Positions 1 to 13,760 of a DNA stretch of 64,000 nt are shown one piece after another. A program made the position numbers and the translations under genes. How positions within the stretch are numbered: the first letter of the stretch is position 1; each line of letters opens with the position of its first letter. The notes under the pieces were generated by a model, which ran no database searches, was not told where the DNA came from, and saw only the letters and a program-made list of their open reading frames with translations. Origin of the DNA: Eledone cirrhosa (taxonomy: Eukaryota); assembly GCA_964016885.1 (NCBI GenBank), contig OZ024743.1, positions 263,810,001-263,874,000 of the forward strand, given 5' to 3'.

Positions 1-1149
1 TACATTTTTTCCCAGCGTAAATGGAATTAATTATCGCGATATTTCCATCGGTAAGTTAATATCTAAGCTTTTGCTTACACGTTAATTACAATTGTAACAG
101 CTAGTGTAGTTTTTAAATAAGAATGTATATTATCGTTGTTGAATTTATTTTCTTAATCCTGTATGTTATTAAAAGGTTCCCGAGTAGTACAGTAAATTAA
201 AGCCTTTACGAACGGAACTATGCAATGAAAGTATATTTAATAAGTGTATCTCATCGTAAACGTATCTCTTAGAAATTCATAAGTGGCTGTGTAAACCCTT
301 ACACTTTAAAACCAAATTACAAACCATTTATGTGGTCATTGAAGTTGCTAGAAATAGCAGGCAAATCTTATACCCTCTACCACATTAAAAAAAGAAAGAA
401 CGAAAACGGGAGTAACTCGTTAATATTTAATGAAATATTCGAAGCGTTTCTGCTTCGGACGTGATAAAAATGAAATTATATAGAGATTTTTAAATATTTC
501 GAAAGCACAAACAATCGTCAAGGACTTTATATACTAATTCCTTTCTTTCTGTGTTCGTGGCAGCTGAGTATCAACCATCCATAAATAATTTTTACCCGCT
601 AAGAATCTCAATGGGGAAAATGTTCTTCAATTTCTGCTAGTATTACAAAACAAGGTTATCTTGTAGTTACCCGCATTAAATTGTTGTTTTTTTTAAGATA
701 GTCGGTAGTGTCGGCCCCATGAACTTCATTTGTTTTCTAATTTGATAACTATGACTATGAAATAAAACACGTGGTGATACGGAAACAAATCGAAAACAAA
801 TCGTAAACGTAAATAAACATAAATAAACGCGTGGTGATACGGAAATAAACGAAGGTTGACGATTGAGAAGGTTGACGAATGACGTCAGATTGACGTCACT
901 TTCTTCTACTTTCACTTCTGACAGCCAATTCCGTTGTAGTGCCATGTATATATACAGGTACATATTATTAATGAACTTGTATATCACGTTATACACAGAG
1001 ACACATCAGTAAATAATAATAACGATATTAAGATATGAAAATATCTCTATTTCGGGGGTTATTTTTTTGTTCCCTGTGTGTGTAGCAACATGCGTGTGCT
1101 GCTGCTGACTCTAGCAGAGCCCAAGAAAACACGTCTATCCTTGAACGCA

Positions 1150-1580
1150 TCAGTAATGCATTTATAGTTATCGTTAACCCGAAAGCTTTAGCTTCTGAAG
1201 CAAACTTATCAACAATGAACAGCATGTTTCATAGCGAGTATACATGTAATGCACATTTATTTGCAAAGAGCAAATCGCATAACGTTTGATATGCTATTGA
1301 AGCGTTGCTGAATGGTAATGCCTCCTGTTAGTATGTATTCTAATAAGATATTTTCAGTAACGTCTGAGAAAGCACATTGAAGCATTAGTGAGAATAATAA
1401 GGAAAATAAACCAATAAACCTCCTTGATTTGTACTATTTTTCACATCAAATGACTTTGATTTTTTCACCGTTAGAATATACAAAGAGTATCATGTCTTTA
1501 TGTAACAAACGCCTTCGACACCATATTACGTGATGAATTATGGAAGGTTCTGAGAAAGTTAGGTGTTCCTGAGCATGTAG
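1150..1580. mobile_element. Degenerate RTE-type LINE RT fragments in opposite orientations
   Basis: + strand ~1505-1580 reads NAFDTILRDELWKVLRKLGVPEH (RT domain). - strand ~1150-1290 reads LCDLLFANKCAL...DKFASEAKAFGLTI (LLFADD region, decayed). Confidence 0.6.
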
Positions 1581-1917
1581 GGAGAAAACTGTAGCATTGC
1601 AGGAGCCTACAGTAGCATTGCAGGGCCTACTGTAGTATTTTAGGGGTCATTGCTTTGCTTTAAAAACATACACGAAGTCTAAGAAAAAGAATAAAATTAA
1701 AAAGAAAATAAATAAAACAATTAAGCAAAGCTTTGGTCAACCAATTGCGAAGGGAATTAAGAGAAACCAAAATATATGATAGTGTAAATAGTTGGAATCT
1801 GTGGTTGTACATTCTACTAAATGTAAAGCTTCGTGTATTCATTCATGCATGCAAATATACATATATAGACACACACAAGCTTATATATATATATATACAT
1901 ATTTATATATATATATA

Positions 1918-2029
1918 TGAAACAAATTAGTCCTTCATCAGTGATTTTGCAACTATCATTGGTATTTCATCGCTTTGAAAATCATATACCTCCAGTTAGT
2001 GCGAGCAATAGCTAAATAAAGCTATTGGG

Positions 2030-2030
<1 letters not shown>
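1918..2030 (-). mobile_element. (TA)n-flanked fragment of the family at 37777-38372
   Basis: Reverse complement tcccaatagc...ctcgcactaactggaggtatatg...gaaataccaatgatagttgcaaaatcactgatga aligns with 38241-38337. TA runs flank both sides. Confidence 0.7.
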
Positions 2031-2061
<31 letters not shown>

Positions 2062-2521
2062 ATGTATATGTATGTGTGTATGTATTTATATTGTATTTAT
2101 ATATATAAATACAATATAAATACATACACACATACATATACACACACACACACACATATATATATATATGTGTGTGTGTATGTGTGTATGTATATGTATG
2201 TGTGTATGTATTTATATTGTATTTATATATATATATATATATAAATACATACACACATACATATACATACACACACACACATGTATATATATGTATATAT
2301 TGAGTGAGTGTGAAAGACGCAAGGTTATTATTGAAAGTCTCTGGATTTCGCAAAATACATATTTTTTTTATTGGAGAAGGTAAGATATATCTCCGGAAAA
2401 ATTTGATTGCACTGTTTTGTTTCCATTTATGAATTTTTTGAAAATGTTATTTATTCATAATAAAAATTAAATGATAGCATTCATCTCCTGGTAACCAATA
2501 TTTTTAGACACAGTCCGCCAC

Positions 2522-2556
<35 letters not shown>

Positions 2557-2698
2557 GCAAAAGTTATATTTAATTTGTTAGTATTCAACAAGCTTAAAAG
2601 TTTTATAACTGATATAAAGCACTCAACAAATAACTGGAGTAAATATTCAATATATTAATAAATGAAAACAATATAGTTTCCATTTATTAATATATTGT
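2557..2698 (-). mobile_element. Mini fold-back element (tail + 22-bp hairpin) in (TA)n
   Basis: Arms 2648-2669 and 2676-2697 are inverted with 1 mismatch. Unique tail has GCACTCAA at 2619. TA runs flank both sides. The tail resembles 29340-29365. Confidence 0.65.
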
Positions 2699-2708
2699 AT
2701 ATATATAT

Positions 2709-2843
2709 AACGAAGGAGGTGTGGTAAGGAACCAGATGGACCATAACGCCCCAGAGCACTCAATACTTAGATAGCAGAATGGATAATAGGAAAATGTTTA
2801 ACCCCGACGGTTTGAGCTCTGTCGTCGGGGTTAAACATTTTCC

Positions 2844-2846
<3 letters not shown>
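2709..2846 (-). mobile_element. Mini fold-back PLE terminus, related to 43780 and 62100
   Basis: Tail aacgaagg..tgtggtaaggaacca..ggaccataacgc is shared with the 43780/62100 copies. Perfect 24-bp arms at 2786-2809 and 2823-2846. (TA)n on both sides. Confidence 0.8.
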
Positions 2847-2938
<92 letters not shown>

Positions 2939-3996
2939 CAAAGGGCCAGGAGGGAAAGAAGATCAAATTGGAAGGAAAAAGAAGAAAAAAAAAGAGAAGA
3001 ACAAAGGGGGAAACGTAGCGAAGAGAGAGAGGAAAAAAGAGAAAAAACAGGTAAACAGACCAGATAGTGGGGGGACATAGGACAATGGAACTTGCAACTG
3101 AGTAACCGAGGAAAATTTAAGATAGAATAAGTTATAGCATACTGAGTAGACGTAAGGCTGGAAAGATGCGATAACTGGAGACCAGTGTTATCGTGTCAAC
3201 TCAATCGAGGCGGAGAGAGAGAGAGAGAGAGAGAGAGAGTGAGGGGGGGAGATACGGAGCAACCGGAAGTGAGAGGGAGAAGTGAAAGGGAGATAATCGA
3301 AAAGAGTTTTACGACAGTTGTAAAACGTATCGTAAACGTTCGAAACCAGAGTAGTTTTAGATGTGTAAACATGTCGTCAACGATCTAAAACGAACGGAGG
3401 GATAGAGAGAGAGACAGAGATAGGAGGGAAAGGGGAAGAGAGAGAAGGAGAGAGTAGATACGAAAGCGTGGTGGGACCACAGATCGAGCAAAGCAGGTAT
3501 AGGGGGGGGGGGTCACAGTGGTAAATACAAAATGATAAGAAAAGAAATGAGCCGTGTCGTTACTGTAAACAAAGTTTAAGATGGTAGTATGGACGAAACA
3601 AGAGAAGAAAAGAAAAGAAGAAAAAAATCCTTTATCAGTTGTAAAACCGAGATCAAGATGTTGCCAATCATTGTCAATCTAACTGACAATCCAAAACATA
3701 TATATATGAATAAGGTAAGCCCAAATCATAGTAGATTCAAATATCACAGAGAGAAAGAGAGAGGGAGGGGGAATGAAGAACAACAGAAATAAAACATGTA
3801 TTACAGGTTAAAATATAGTCTAGATAGATGAGAAACAAAACTAGAATGTAGTTTATGGAACACCCAAATGATTTATAAGTCGACCTTAAGTAGGAGCAAT
3901 AACATTAAGGAGGACATGAACGACACCACATCATTTTGTTTTGAATATTTTAAAAGTAGGTTTATAAGTATGAATTTTCACAAGAATTTCGTAGTC

Positions 3997-4070
3997 GTCT
4001 CTGTGGCCTAGCGGTAGGTACTAGAGACTGTGGAGATTTTCGCCTTGGGTCCAATCCTGGTTAAGAGGTA
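3997..4070 (+). pseudogene. tRNA-like sequence (pseudo-tRNA or SINE head; GTG at anticodon position)
   Basis: 74 nt, with A box TGGCCTAGCGG, degenerate B box GGGTCCAATCC and acceptor-like pairing GTCTCT/AGAGGT. Stems are imperfect. Confidence 0.5.
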
Positions 4071-4253
4071 CATGTACTCTTTTTCCGTTTTTATTTTACA
4101 TCCCATAGAAAATTCCCCCAACTAGGCCAAGGAGACAGTTATATACGTATAATGAAAATTAATAATTATAAATCTACTTTCAAGACCGAAGTTAAAAAGA
4201 TGTGGTGTCTTTCATGGCTTCCCTAGAGCTATTATTTATGGCAATATCTTTAA

Positions 4254-4386
4254 ATTTGCCTTTCATGCTTACGGGGTCGATAAAAGTACCAGTAATACAC
4301 TGGAATAATTGCTGGCCTTGTGCCAAAAGTAGAAACAATTATTTATGGCAGTATCGGCAGTGGGTCGGACGCCATGCTTTGACGTA
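4254..4386 (+). mobile_element. Octopus OK-like SINE fragments (3' half followed by a 5' piece)
   Basis: gcctttcatgcttacggggtcgataaaagtaccag core and ggccttgtgccaaaagtagaaacaattatt end match the reverse complement of 9866-10220. Confidence 0.75.
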
Positions 4387-4399
4387 TAGCTCGGTAGAT

Positions 4400-6260
4400 T
4401 GAACGCGTTCCATCAGTATATCAACCTATTGTATCGAGCGTAGAAGGACCGCTCTACAAAATTTCATGGCTCCTAGCCAGAATACTGAAACCCATACTAG
4501 ACACCTTGTCGGGACACGTAAACAGCTCCGAGAAGGTGTTGGAGCGCCTGTATCAATTGGATCCCGACACCAGAAAGGCCCTCAGCCTTGATGTGGTTGC
4601 TCTTTACCCCTCGGTTCCGGCGCTCCCAGCCGTTGATATACTGATGGAACGCGTTCAATCTACCGACCTACACTGCTTCAAACTCACCACCACTGACATC
4701 CACCAACTCCTATCCGTCGTCGTTGACAACACGTACTTCGGTTTTCTCGACCAAACATACCGGCAAAATCGGGACTGCCCATGGGCTCAAGCCTGTCGGG
4801 TGTGCTAGCGATCTCATACATGGACAGCCTTGAGCGCAAGGCACTCAACACCTGCCACCCCAACGCCGTCGCCTTTTTCTCAAGGTACGTTGACGACATC
4901 CTCATCCTCACATCTTCCCAGGAGATGGCGAACGGAATTTATGAGACGTTCAACAACACGGACGAGAACATTGATTTCAGTGTTGAACACCCCAGCGACG
5001 ACGGGTCCCTTGCCCTCCTTGACTTCCGAATCAACATCACGGAGCAAGGAGGTATCCACACCAACTTCTACCGCAAGGCAGCCTGCAGGGACTTGTTCCT
5101 CCTCCACTACAAGTCTGCCCTCCCTAACAGTGCTAAAAGTGGGTACATCACGAACGAGATCACGCGAATTAAAAACAGATGCAGCGATCCCGTGAGTGGT
5201 GTCAACCACACCAAGCGATTCCTCAAAGTGCTGGAGACGAACGGGTACCCAGCCTCGCTTACAAACAGAGTAAGAGACGCCAGACGCAAGAGGCGGAGAA
5301 ACAACAAAGACAAGTGTTTCCTTAAAATACCACACCTCGGCGAGAATAGCACCAACGCTATCCGCAGTGCTATACGGAGAGAGGGCCTCGACACCCACCT
5401 AGCCCACTCGGACCCCTCTCGGCGGAGTTGCCTCTCCAGGAAACCCGGGAAATCGAATGACGCGTGTTCCCTCAGAAACTGTCCGATGCGCCATACGAAC
5501 TCTTGCTTACGCACATACGTGGTATACAAGGTTGTGACAAGTGCAACCACTACTATATCGGTAGCACCATCCAGCCGCTACATATCCGGATCTAGGAGCA
5601 CATCAACACCAGGGCTTCGTCTTTCCGGAAACACATAACCAAATGCGGAAACAAAGACGGAAGGCCCAATGTCACAGTGCTAGCCGCAGAACGCAATGTC
5701 GGGACGTTACGAATCAAGGAAGCACTTTGGATCAAACGCATAGGGCCACAATTAAATAACCGATCCGGGAGAAGCGAGATGAGGTGGTTGGTGTAAACAA
5801 ACGAGACAACAACACACGCACACACACACACACACACACAAAGTGGCATTCGAACGGTTGATATTGTGTGTGTAGCACCGCCACCTTCCACCGACCAACA
5901 AGCGACCAGGTAGACTAAAACCATACGACTATACTACACTGCTAGTACCAAAAACCAGCACAGATAAATAGTACAATGGATTGACAGCTAACGCCATCCC
6001 ACTCCCACAATTAAAAGAACTGCCTCGACCTTTGCTTGACAGCACCTATTCCGCGCGCACGTGCGCTCTTCAGAATACCTCAGTTAGTCACAAACAGCGA
6101 ACAGCAGAAGACACGTACCAACAGATAAATTTCCGCCCCCGGAAAAGCCCCCAGCTGATGGATGCGAATCCGAAATATAGGGACAATTAAATCTCTCCCA
6201 AGGTAACTCTAGCTCGTGCTATTTTTTTTTTATTTTTTACGCGCTTTCCTACGTTCCTCT
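4400..6260 (+). mobile_element. 5'-truncated Penelope-like element (Nematis-like RT + GIY-YIG), frameshifted
   Basis: ORFs 4506-4808 and 4781-5638 contain SLDVVALYPSVP, PMGSSLSG, FSRYVDDIL, LALLDFRI and a Cys linker CSLRNCP..C..YVVYK. After a frameshift the read continues CDKCNHYYIGSTIQPLHIR. Confidence 0.9.
6148..6183 (+). ncRNA. Degenerate minimal hammerhead ribozyme in PLE 3' pLTR
   Basis: CCCC-CAGCTGA-T-GGAT gcga ATCC-GAAA-TATA-GGG has helices I and II intact and a palindromic ATAT helix III. The core has 2 mismatches to CUGAUGA. Confidence 0.55.
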
Positions 6261-6458
6261 ACACACTATAATCTCATTCTACATTCCCTCACATCTCTCT
6301 CTTCACCAGCGCATCCTGTTAGCCGGTGACTTACCCATCTGCATTGCTGAGGCTTCCAAAACGGCCAAAAGAAAATAAATCATATGTATGTATGTATGTA
6401 TGGATGTATGTATGTATGTATGTATGTATGTATGTATGTATGTATGTATGTATGTATG

Positions 6459-8110
6459 TTCTTCTGGTTTTATAATTTCACAAAGTTTTACCAATTGAGA
6501 GAGAGTCGGTTTCTAACATAGACACAAGACTCTCTCATTGGAATTTACACGTCAACTAGGTAGATATGTATGTATGTCTGCATGCATACATGTGTAGATA
6601 TGGATGTTATTGTATGTGTGGATGTGGATGTTATCAGTTGTATGTGTGCATGTGTATATGCTTTGTATCTGTACATGTGTATATGCAGTTATTAGATGCA
6701 ACATTTTTGGAATGTTTTACATATTTTTACTGTTCCATTAATGGATTGTACTTGTAATTTCCTAACTAGTTGTGTTCTTTCTGTTCCTGTGAAGCCTAGC
6801 TTCTCAAGATTTGTATTGAGGCAGTTACTAACATATCCCAGTGCCCCAATAATCACAGGCATAAATCTGAAGGTGTAATCAGGGTGGAGTATCTGCAGAT
6901 TTCTCATCAGTTCTGCATAAATATTCTCCTTTTCACTAATCTTTGATATTATATTGGCATCTGCTGGGCAGCTAATTTCCACTACTGTGCATGTTTTCTT
7001 CTCCCTGTCCCATATCATAATATCTGGTCTGTTATTCCTGCATTTTATTGGGGTTTTTACTGGAACATTCCACCAGTACTCTTTCATATTATGTACATGG
7101 ATGTCTTCCACATTGTTGTTGCTTTTAATGTGTTTATTATCGGGGCTATCTTTTTTACGAACTGCATTGTACAGTGTTTTGTCCACTACATCATGCCTCA
7201 TAGGTAGATAGTACCGCGATGACATCTTTGGGCAGCACACTGATGACATGGGTGATATCCTTGATGTTAGTTCTGCAGAGTCTGCACTTGTTATCACATC
7301 TAGCTGTTTTGCCTGCATCCCTATCTCTTTTGTGAATCAGGTATTTCGTGTTAATCTCCTCTTCCTGGATTGCAAAAGCGTATCCTTCAAAGTGGGAGCC
7401 AATATAGCGGTTGTTGGTCCAAGATAGACTACTTTCCTTATCACTCTGGAGCTTCCTGGCAACATATTCATGCATGATTTTTTGCTGATAGGCATGCAGT
7501 TTTTCATCCATGGATTCACTGCGATACTGCTGAGCGACATCTCTGGGTGTGAGTTTTTGATTATCACACAGGGAATATCTCTCAAGGAGTTCCTTCCCAA
7601 CTCTCATGATCTTATCTGTTTCATGCAGATAGAATTGCTCGAGAAGCGGGCTCCTACGCTTCGATGTTGGTAGATGTTGTCGGAGAGAGATGATGCGACA
7701 TGCAAATGTTGTCTGGACTGATGTTAGGCCTCTCCTCCCTGCTTACGTTTCAAGTAAAGGCGGTCTATGTCACTGTTGATGTGGAGGTTTCCGGTGTTGT
7801 TTAGTATTTTTCGAGTTCCAACATCAACTGCTCAGATTTGGTCTATCGTCCAATTGCGTATTTCAAACGTTGGTGTTATGACAGGCACAGCAAACACATT
7901 GTGAGCCTCTGTTTTGTTTTGCGCAGAGAGTTCCGATGACTAGATCTTTCTTAATCGGGTGTAGTATTCCCTGGTTACGCGTTCCTTATTACATATACCA
8001 TTATAGGATATGTTCTCATCTATCCCCAGGTATCTGTAGCAGTCCTCATCAGATATCGGTGAAACAGTTAGACCATTGATGACAATGCTGCTAGATTGGA
8101 TTGTTGTTTT
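6459..8110 (-). mobile_element. 5'-truncated R4/Dong-like non-LTR retrotransposon (RT C-terminus, Cys knuckle, REL endonuclease)
   Basis: YRYLGI, CRLC..DITHVIS, RHDVV, NNRPDIMIWD...VVEISCP and PVIIGALG motifs. (TATG)n on both flanks (6383-6458, 8111-8160). Confidence 0.9.
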
Positions 8111-8236
8111 ATGTATGTATGTATGTATGTATGTATGTATGTATGTATGTATGTATGTACACACGTTATTTGTTTGTTAACAATCAAATTAAAATACTTC
8201 AACAGTTAAACACACGTAGGAATAATAAGGTTGTTG

Positions 8237-8302
<66 letters not shown>

Positions 8303-8306
<4 letters not shown>

Positions 8307-9240
8307 AAAGAATAGAGGTGTAACACACAAGTTATTATATATTATTATATATTGGTAAACGGAATAGAAAATGCTGACAAATTGTTCACAGTTGAAAAAT
8401 GGTTTAATTAGGAATAAAAGAGTATTAGTAATTGTATGGGTTAGTATTCAGTTGTGGTTTTAAGTTTTTAAGTTTTTACCGGTTGCGCATTTCTAAACGC
8501 TTTTCAAAAATAATTTTGAGATAGAGTGTCCGTGTTGTTTGCTCTGATCTGATTAGTTTTGGGAATTCTACCTGTTTTTATGTTAAAAAAGTGGCTCCAG
8601 CGCTACTTTGGTGTTGCAAAAATTCTTGTGGTCAAAACAATTTTGATTGGTTGGTAGAGGTCATGTGAATGTAAAAAATTGATTTTGCGCCAAGACTGTT
8701 TTTATGTTAAAAAAGTGTATCCAGCGCTACTTGGTGTTTGCAAAAATTCTTGTGGTCAAAACAATTTTGATTGGTCGGTAGAGGTCATGTGAATAAAAAA
8801 TTGGTTTTGCGCCAAGATTGAGAAATGACTCTTTCACAACAAATATCGCCACGTGACCGGGTTGGGTCAAAGCGGCAAAAGCGTTGTCTCATACAATACT
8901 GTGTGCACCATCTGCGCAGCTGCGTGTGTGAGGACGGATGAGGGGATACTCATCAAGTACATGCCTCCGGTGTTGGGAGCACGCGGGTGCGTCATGTATG
9001 TGTTACCACAGACATGCATGAACACGGGTGTGCGCATGGCTGGGTCAATGAATTTGTCTGAGTATGTCTGCGTGGGGGTACGGATGACTATCTTTAGATT
9101 TTTCATTTTCATCTGTCTATATATGTGCGGCGTCTTGGCTGAGTCCTGTGTGTGAGTGTAGAATTGGGTGTATTTGTTGAAAACACCTTTAATATAGCCT
9201 TTCTGTTTGAAAGCTTTCATTTAAAAACGTTCTTGATACA
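8303..9240 (-). mobile_element. PLE 3' end/pLTR of the same family as the 54.1-57.2 kb palindrome
   Basis: 8303-8845 aligns with 54107-54530 and carries an internal ~120-bp duplication (8570-8820). It starts at a (TA)n run. The right boundary is uncertain. Confidence 0.75.
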
Positions 9241-9814
9241 GGTTTTTTCTTTTTGTTTTTGTTTTTCTTTTTGAAATATGTATGGTGGAGGGTATGGTAA
9301 GGCTTGTCCTACAAATGTTATGCTAAATATCCCTTTGATTTGTTTTTAAAAATAAATCCCGCCAAACATTATTTACAATGACTGCCGCATACAGCATAAT
9401 TGCGGGTGTGTACCTAGCCGCTGTGGACTAAGGCGTCTAGGGACAATGAAGATGTCGAGGTGATGCCAGCCGTTCAGGAATACAGCCCCTCTCCCACCAC
9501 AGTAGTAATTCTGATATATGAAGAAATTTTGAATGAGAGGTTGAGAACGAGAAGAACCAAGCAGTGAGCAACCATGGGTGGCTAGAAATACGGGTGACGT
9601 GTACAATTCTTGACCACTCATGGAATGACAACAACAGGATCTAAATCAACAAACGAAGGAATTCGATGTTAAAGGACAATAGGAAAATTTGCTTCGTAGA
9701 TTTCAGAGTCAGGTTTGATCACCATATCGATCGTGCCTCGAGCTGGTCGTCCGAGAAACAATTGTAATATGTCCAATAAATTCCTTTCGTCGCAACACTG
9801 ATTCTCTTTTTTCT

Positions 9815-9865
<51 letters not shown>

Positions 9866-9866
<1 letters not shown>

Positions 9867-10220
9867 TGTTTCTACTTTTGTCACAAGGCCAGCAATTACC
9901 TAGTACATTACTGTTACTTTATTTTATCGACCCCGTAAGGATGAAAGGCAAAGTTGACCTCGGCGGGATTTGAACTCAGAATGGAAAGGGCCGTAACTCT
10001 ATGCGTCAAAGCATGACTAATGATTGTTTCTACTTTTGGCACAAGGCCAGCAATTACCCAGTGCATTACTGGTACTTTATTTTATCGACCCCGTAAGGAT
10101 GAAAGGCAAAGTAAACCTCGGCGGGATTTGAACTCAGAATGGCAAGGACCATAAAGGGCCGTAACTCTATGCGTTCGAGCATGTCGTCCGACCCTCTCCC
10201 GATACTGCCAATCTACCGCC
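9866..10220 (-). mobile_element. tRNA-derived OK-like SINE, partially tandem-duplicated
   Basis: Minus strand has head ggcggtagattggcag, B box gagttcaaatcc, core gcctttcatccttacggggtcgataaaataaagtaccag and an (ATT)n tail. The 3' ~155 bp is present twice. Confidence 0.85.
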
Positions 10221-10543
10221 TGACTAATAATAACAATATTTATACACATATATATAATCTATATACAATTATATAAATTAGAAAGTTTAATAGTTTGTAT
10301 TACCCATTTAAGTAAGAATAATAATAAAATGGAGAAAATAATTTTTTAGTTTTTACATTCATATTTAGAGGGGAAAGTTCATATTTTCGTCCGAAGTTTT
10401 CTTTCGTTGTCGTGTAATGTATCCGTGGCAAGAAACCAAAAATCTTTACTGCCTTTTACCTTTAAATTGTCGGATATTCTTTTTTTTCTCTATTTTATTA
10501 TTATTCGTATAAATAAACAATTTAAACGTCACTATACACTTCC

Positions 10544-10580
10544 GTCGTTGAAAAGGCATATAAAGCTGAAACTCGTACAC
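10544..10580 (+). ncRNA. Degenerate hammerhead ribozyme with U3-A8 core
   Basis: gtcg-TTGAAAA-GGC atataaa GCT-GAAA-CTC-GTA-cac lies in a TA-flanked element (~10260-10686). Helices I and III are imperfect. Confidence 0.45.
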
Positions 10581-10682
10581 AATTAAATGCGGAAATCCCT
10601 ACTTTATAAATAAATGTTTTGATATTATACTGAAAAAATCCCTCTAGCATTTTCTACTGTATGTTTTTCCGTTTTACTATTT

Positions 10683-10721
<39 letters not shown>

Positions 10722-11176
10722 GAGAAAGCGAGAGAGAGAGGAGGGGGGTGAAGAAGAGAAGAGAGGGAGAGGGGGAAAGATAAAGAGTGGGCGAAAGAAA
10801 GAACGAGAGAGATCGAACATGTGTGTCACACTTCTACACATATGGTATTTCGAATATTTCCATTCTGTTCTGTTTACTCTAACTTACGACTTTACGAGGT
10901 CGATACATTAATATAAAACTAAGTAACAGAGGTGGATATAATACAATAAAAACACTTAAAGGCGGTTCCACAGCTTGAATCTGTCGAATAACTGAAACCA
11001 GAAAAAGAATCAAATAAATTGATATTTTATTATTGTGTGTGTATATATATATATATATATGTGCGTGTGTTTGGGTTATAATCATACATTTACAACTAGC
11101 AATTTAACAATATATTTTTAGTAATATATATTCAATAATGGAGTATGGCATGCACACACACACACACGCGCGCGCG

Positions 11177-11282
<106 letters not shown>

Positions 11283-13099
11283 TAATGTACTTTATATATA
11301 CATGTAGATTATATATATATATATATCATACATAGCATTTTGTCACCAATATACAATGAAAATAGATAATATAACTGAGAGAAGCAAATACATATAGAAT
11401 AACTTATACAAAATTACTGAGGGGTAGATGCCAATAAAATAATCTAAAATAAGAACTCTTCACAAGTAACTTTCCCAGGGGATAAAGTCATAGTTAATCA
11501 ACGTAAAGCAAGAAGGCTTCAGTAAGTTTTCTTACTGCAGTTTTCAAGATAAAGAACACTACTGACTATCTCAATAGATTGGGGCAGCCAATCCTGTCAG
11601 AAAATCTTTCCGTCGGAGGGTTTCTGTAAGGTATAAGAAAAAAATATTTTTCAAGACTCTTAAGCCATGTACAGTACGCGTTCAGCAATATGTAATTTGG
11701 TCCATGATCCATACTTACTGATAAATATTTGTGAGATAGTGTGGCTGATTTAATGAACTTGAGCCCCTCAAACACAATGTTATCTTCTTAATTAGTTAGA
11801 ATCAATATCCGACAATTTAAAGGTACTGGGCAGTAAAGATTTTGGTTTCTTGCCACGGATACATTACACCACAACTGAAATGTTATATTCAATATAATTT
11901 ACTGCAATAGGAGAAACATGTTTTCGTGTTGTTGTTTCACCCCAAATCTACACCGACTGCTCAATTACATAACACGCATTCGCCCCATGATATCCTCTCG
12001 GGCAATTTTTATCTAAAAACTAAAACATGCAATGTCTCCCACCTTCTTTTATGGCAGAAGGGTGTATCATGAGGGAAAGTTATCTTCGACCAATTCGGTG
12101 TCTCTTTAAACTACAAAATGCATGCTAAAATCATTTTCCTTCTAATTTCGAAATGTTTGAAACTCTACCAATCCTTTCGTCCTATTTCAATGCCTTATCT
12201 AATATATCTCTCTCATGTTTCGATGAAATGTGTTAATTTACAAACAGTAATCTATTTAATTGATTACGCCACTTGAAATATGCAAACGTTATCTTAAAGA
12301 TTTATCGAAAGAAATCAACTATTTCCTTAAATTAAGGGGGTTTGGAACGAAGTGTAATTTCACACCAAAGCAAGATAATAATAAAACTGACATATCGTTG
12401 CTTGATCTGCCAGAAAATGTCCTGCAAATCTTTTTCAAGTCATATCTTACTGTCCTAAGCTGGAAGGGCACTGCTGGATAATTAGTGGTAGACACAGTGT
12501 AAGATGGGATGGTCTCAGCTGGCAAGCCTTTGACCTAATATGTGAGGTTAAGCAACAACAGTTACTAAATTAAATATATAATTCTGAAAGTATATTTTTG
12601 AATATAAACTGTATGAAAATGATTATTATTTTGAGATCATTTTTGGAGAATAATTAGCCGTATTTTTCCTTTTCGCTTAAATAATGAAAAACTATCAAGT
12701 ATTGTTAAGATTGAAGAATGCTGGAAGGCACACATTTTTCTGATTTAAACACATGCGGAGCTATAACGATGTTAGATCGTCGAAAAACATTCGAAGATTG
12801 GGACATGTATAATTAAATTCTTTTGAATCATCAGCATGTAATTAATGAATTAGCATTGAAATAATTGCGGGATTTACAAATTCTCCAAGGTATCCTTTTT
12901 ACGTAATTATATCATACAATGAATTGATTATGTCGGAAATAAATAAATAAATTTGGTAAAATAAAATTATATACTGGTAGTCTAATTGCTTCAGTTATTT
13001 TCTCTCTATTATTCAAAATTCTTCAATTGCAATCAGTTACAATGATCCATTAATCCATCATCTTCTAGATATTGTTAATACTAGTCATGTCATATACCA

Positions 13100-13760
13100 A
13101 GAAATACCCTTGCGGCAACTGGATCTAGGTAAATTAAAGTTAAGACAGACATCTAATTATTCATAGTTTGGTGTTGTCAAATCAGAAAACGACGGTGTTT
13201 AGGTTTCGAGTGGGATTCTGCAATGATCATACTATGCTTAACTATACTAGTGCCGTACAAGAAGACTCTTGGTTGAATCCGAAGGAAAAATAGAACATGG
13301 TGTTTGAGATTATATTTATGGATAAATATGCTCTCAAAGCAAAATCAACACCTGCGAAACAGCAGAGATGGAACAGATTCTCCCCTTTCTGTGATTGCTT
13401 TGAATTCACCATCAACACAAAGAAAACGAAACTCATATAAAAGCCAGGTCCGTCAGATAGAATATGTTATGTCTACTATCATAGTTACTATCAAAGTCGG
13501 CTGAACATCGATATGCTGGCATAACTTGGATGCACTCTGTCGACAATTATCAATGTCAACATGGAGTTAAATCAGAATGTTCAAGGCCAGTATCATATTC
13601 AATAAACTTCGCAAGAACGACTGTGTGAGGAAGGTTCATAGATATCTAGTACCCTCATATGAAGATGTACAAAACAATTGTTTTCCAAACGTTGCTTTAT
13701 GCCATCGAGATATGAACTGTGCACGGTGAGTACATCAATTTCTCAATTGAATCGTGGAGG
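13100..13760 (+). mobile_element. Old RTE-type LINE relic
   Basis: Decayed RMFKASIIFNKL..RL and MKMYKTIVFQTLLYAIEI*T (LLY.ETW motif). Confidence 0.6.

Noticed and set aside
3997-4070. Functional tRNA-His gene
   Set aside because: The anticodon and T stems are mismatched and the B box is altered, so I kept it only as a pseudo-tRNA or SINE head.
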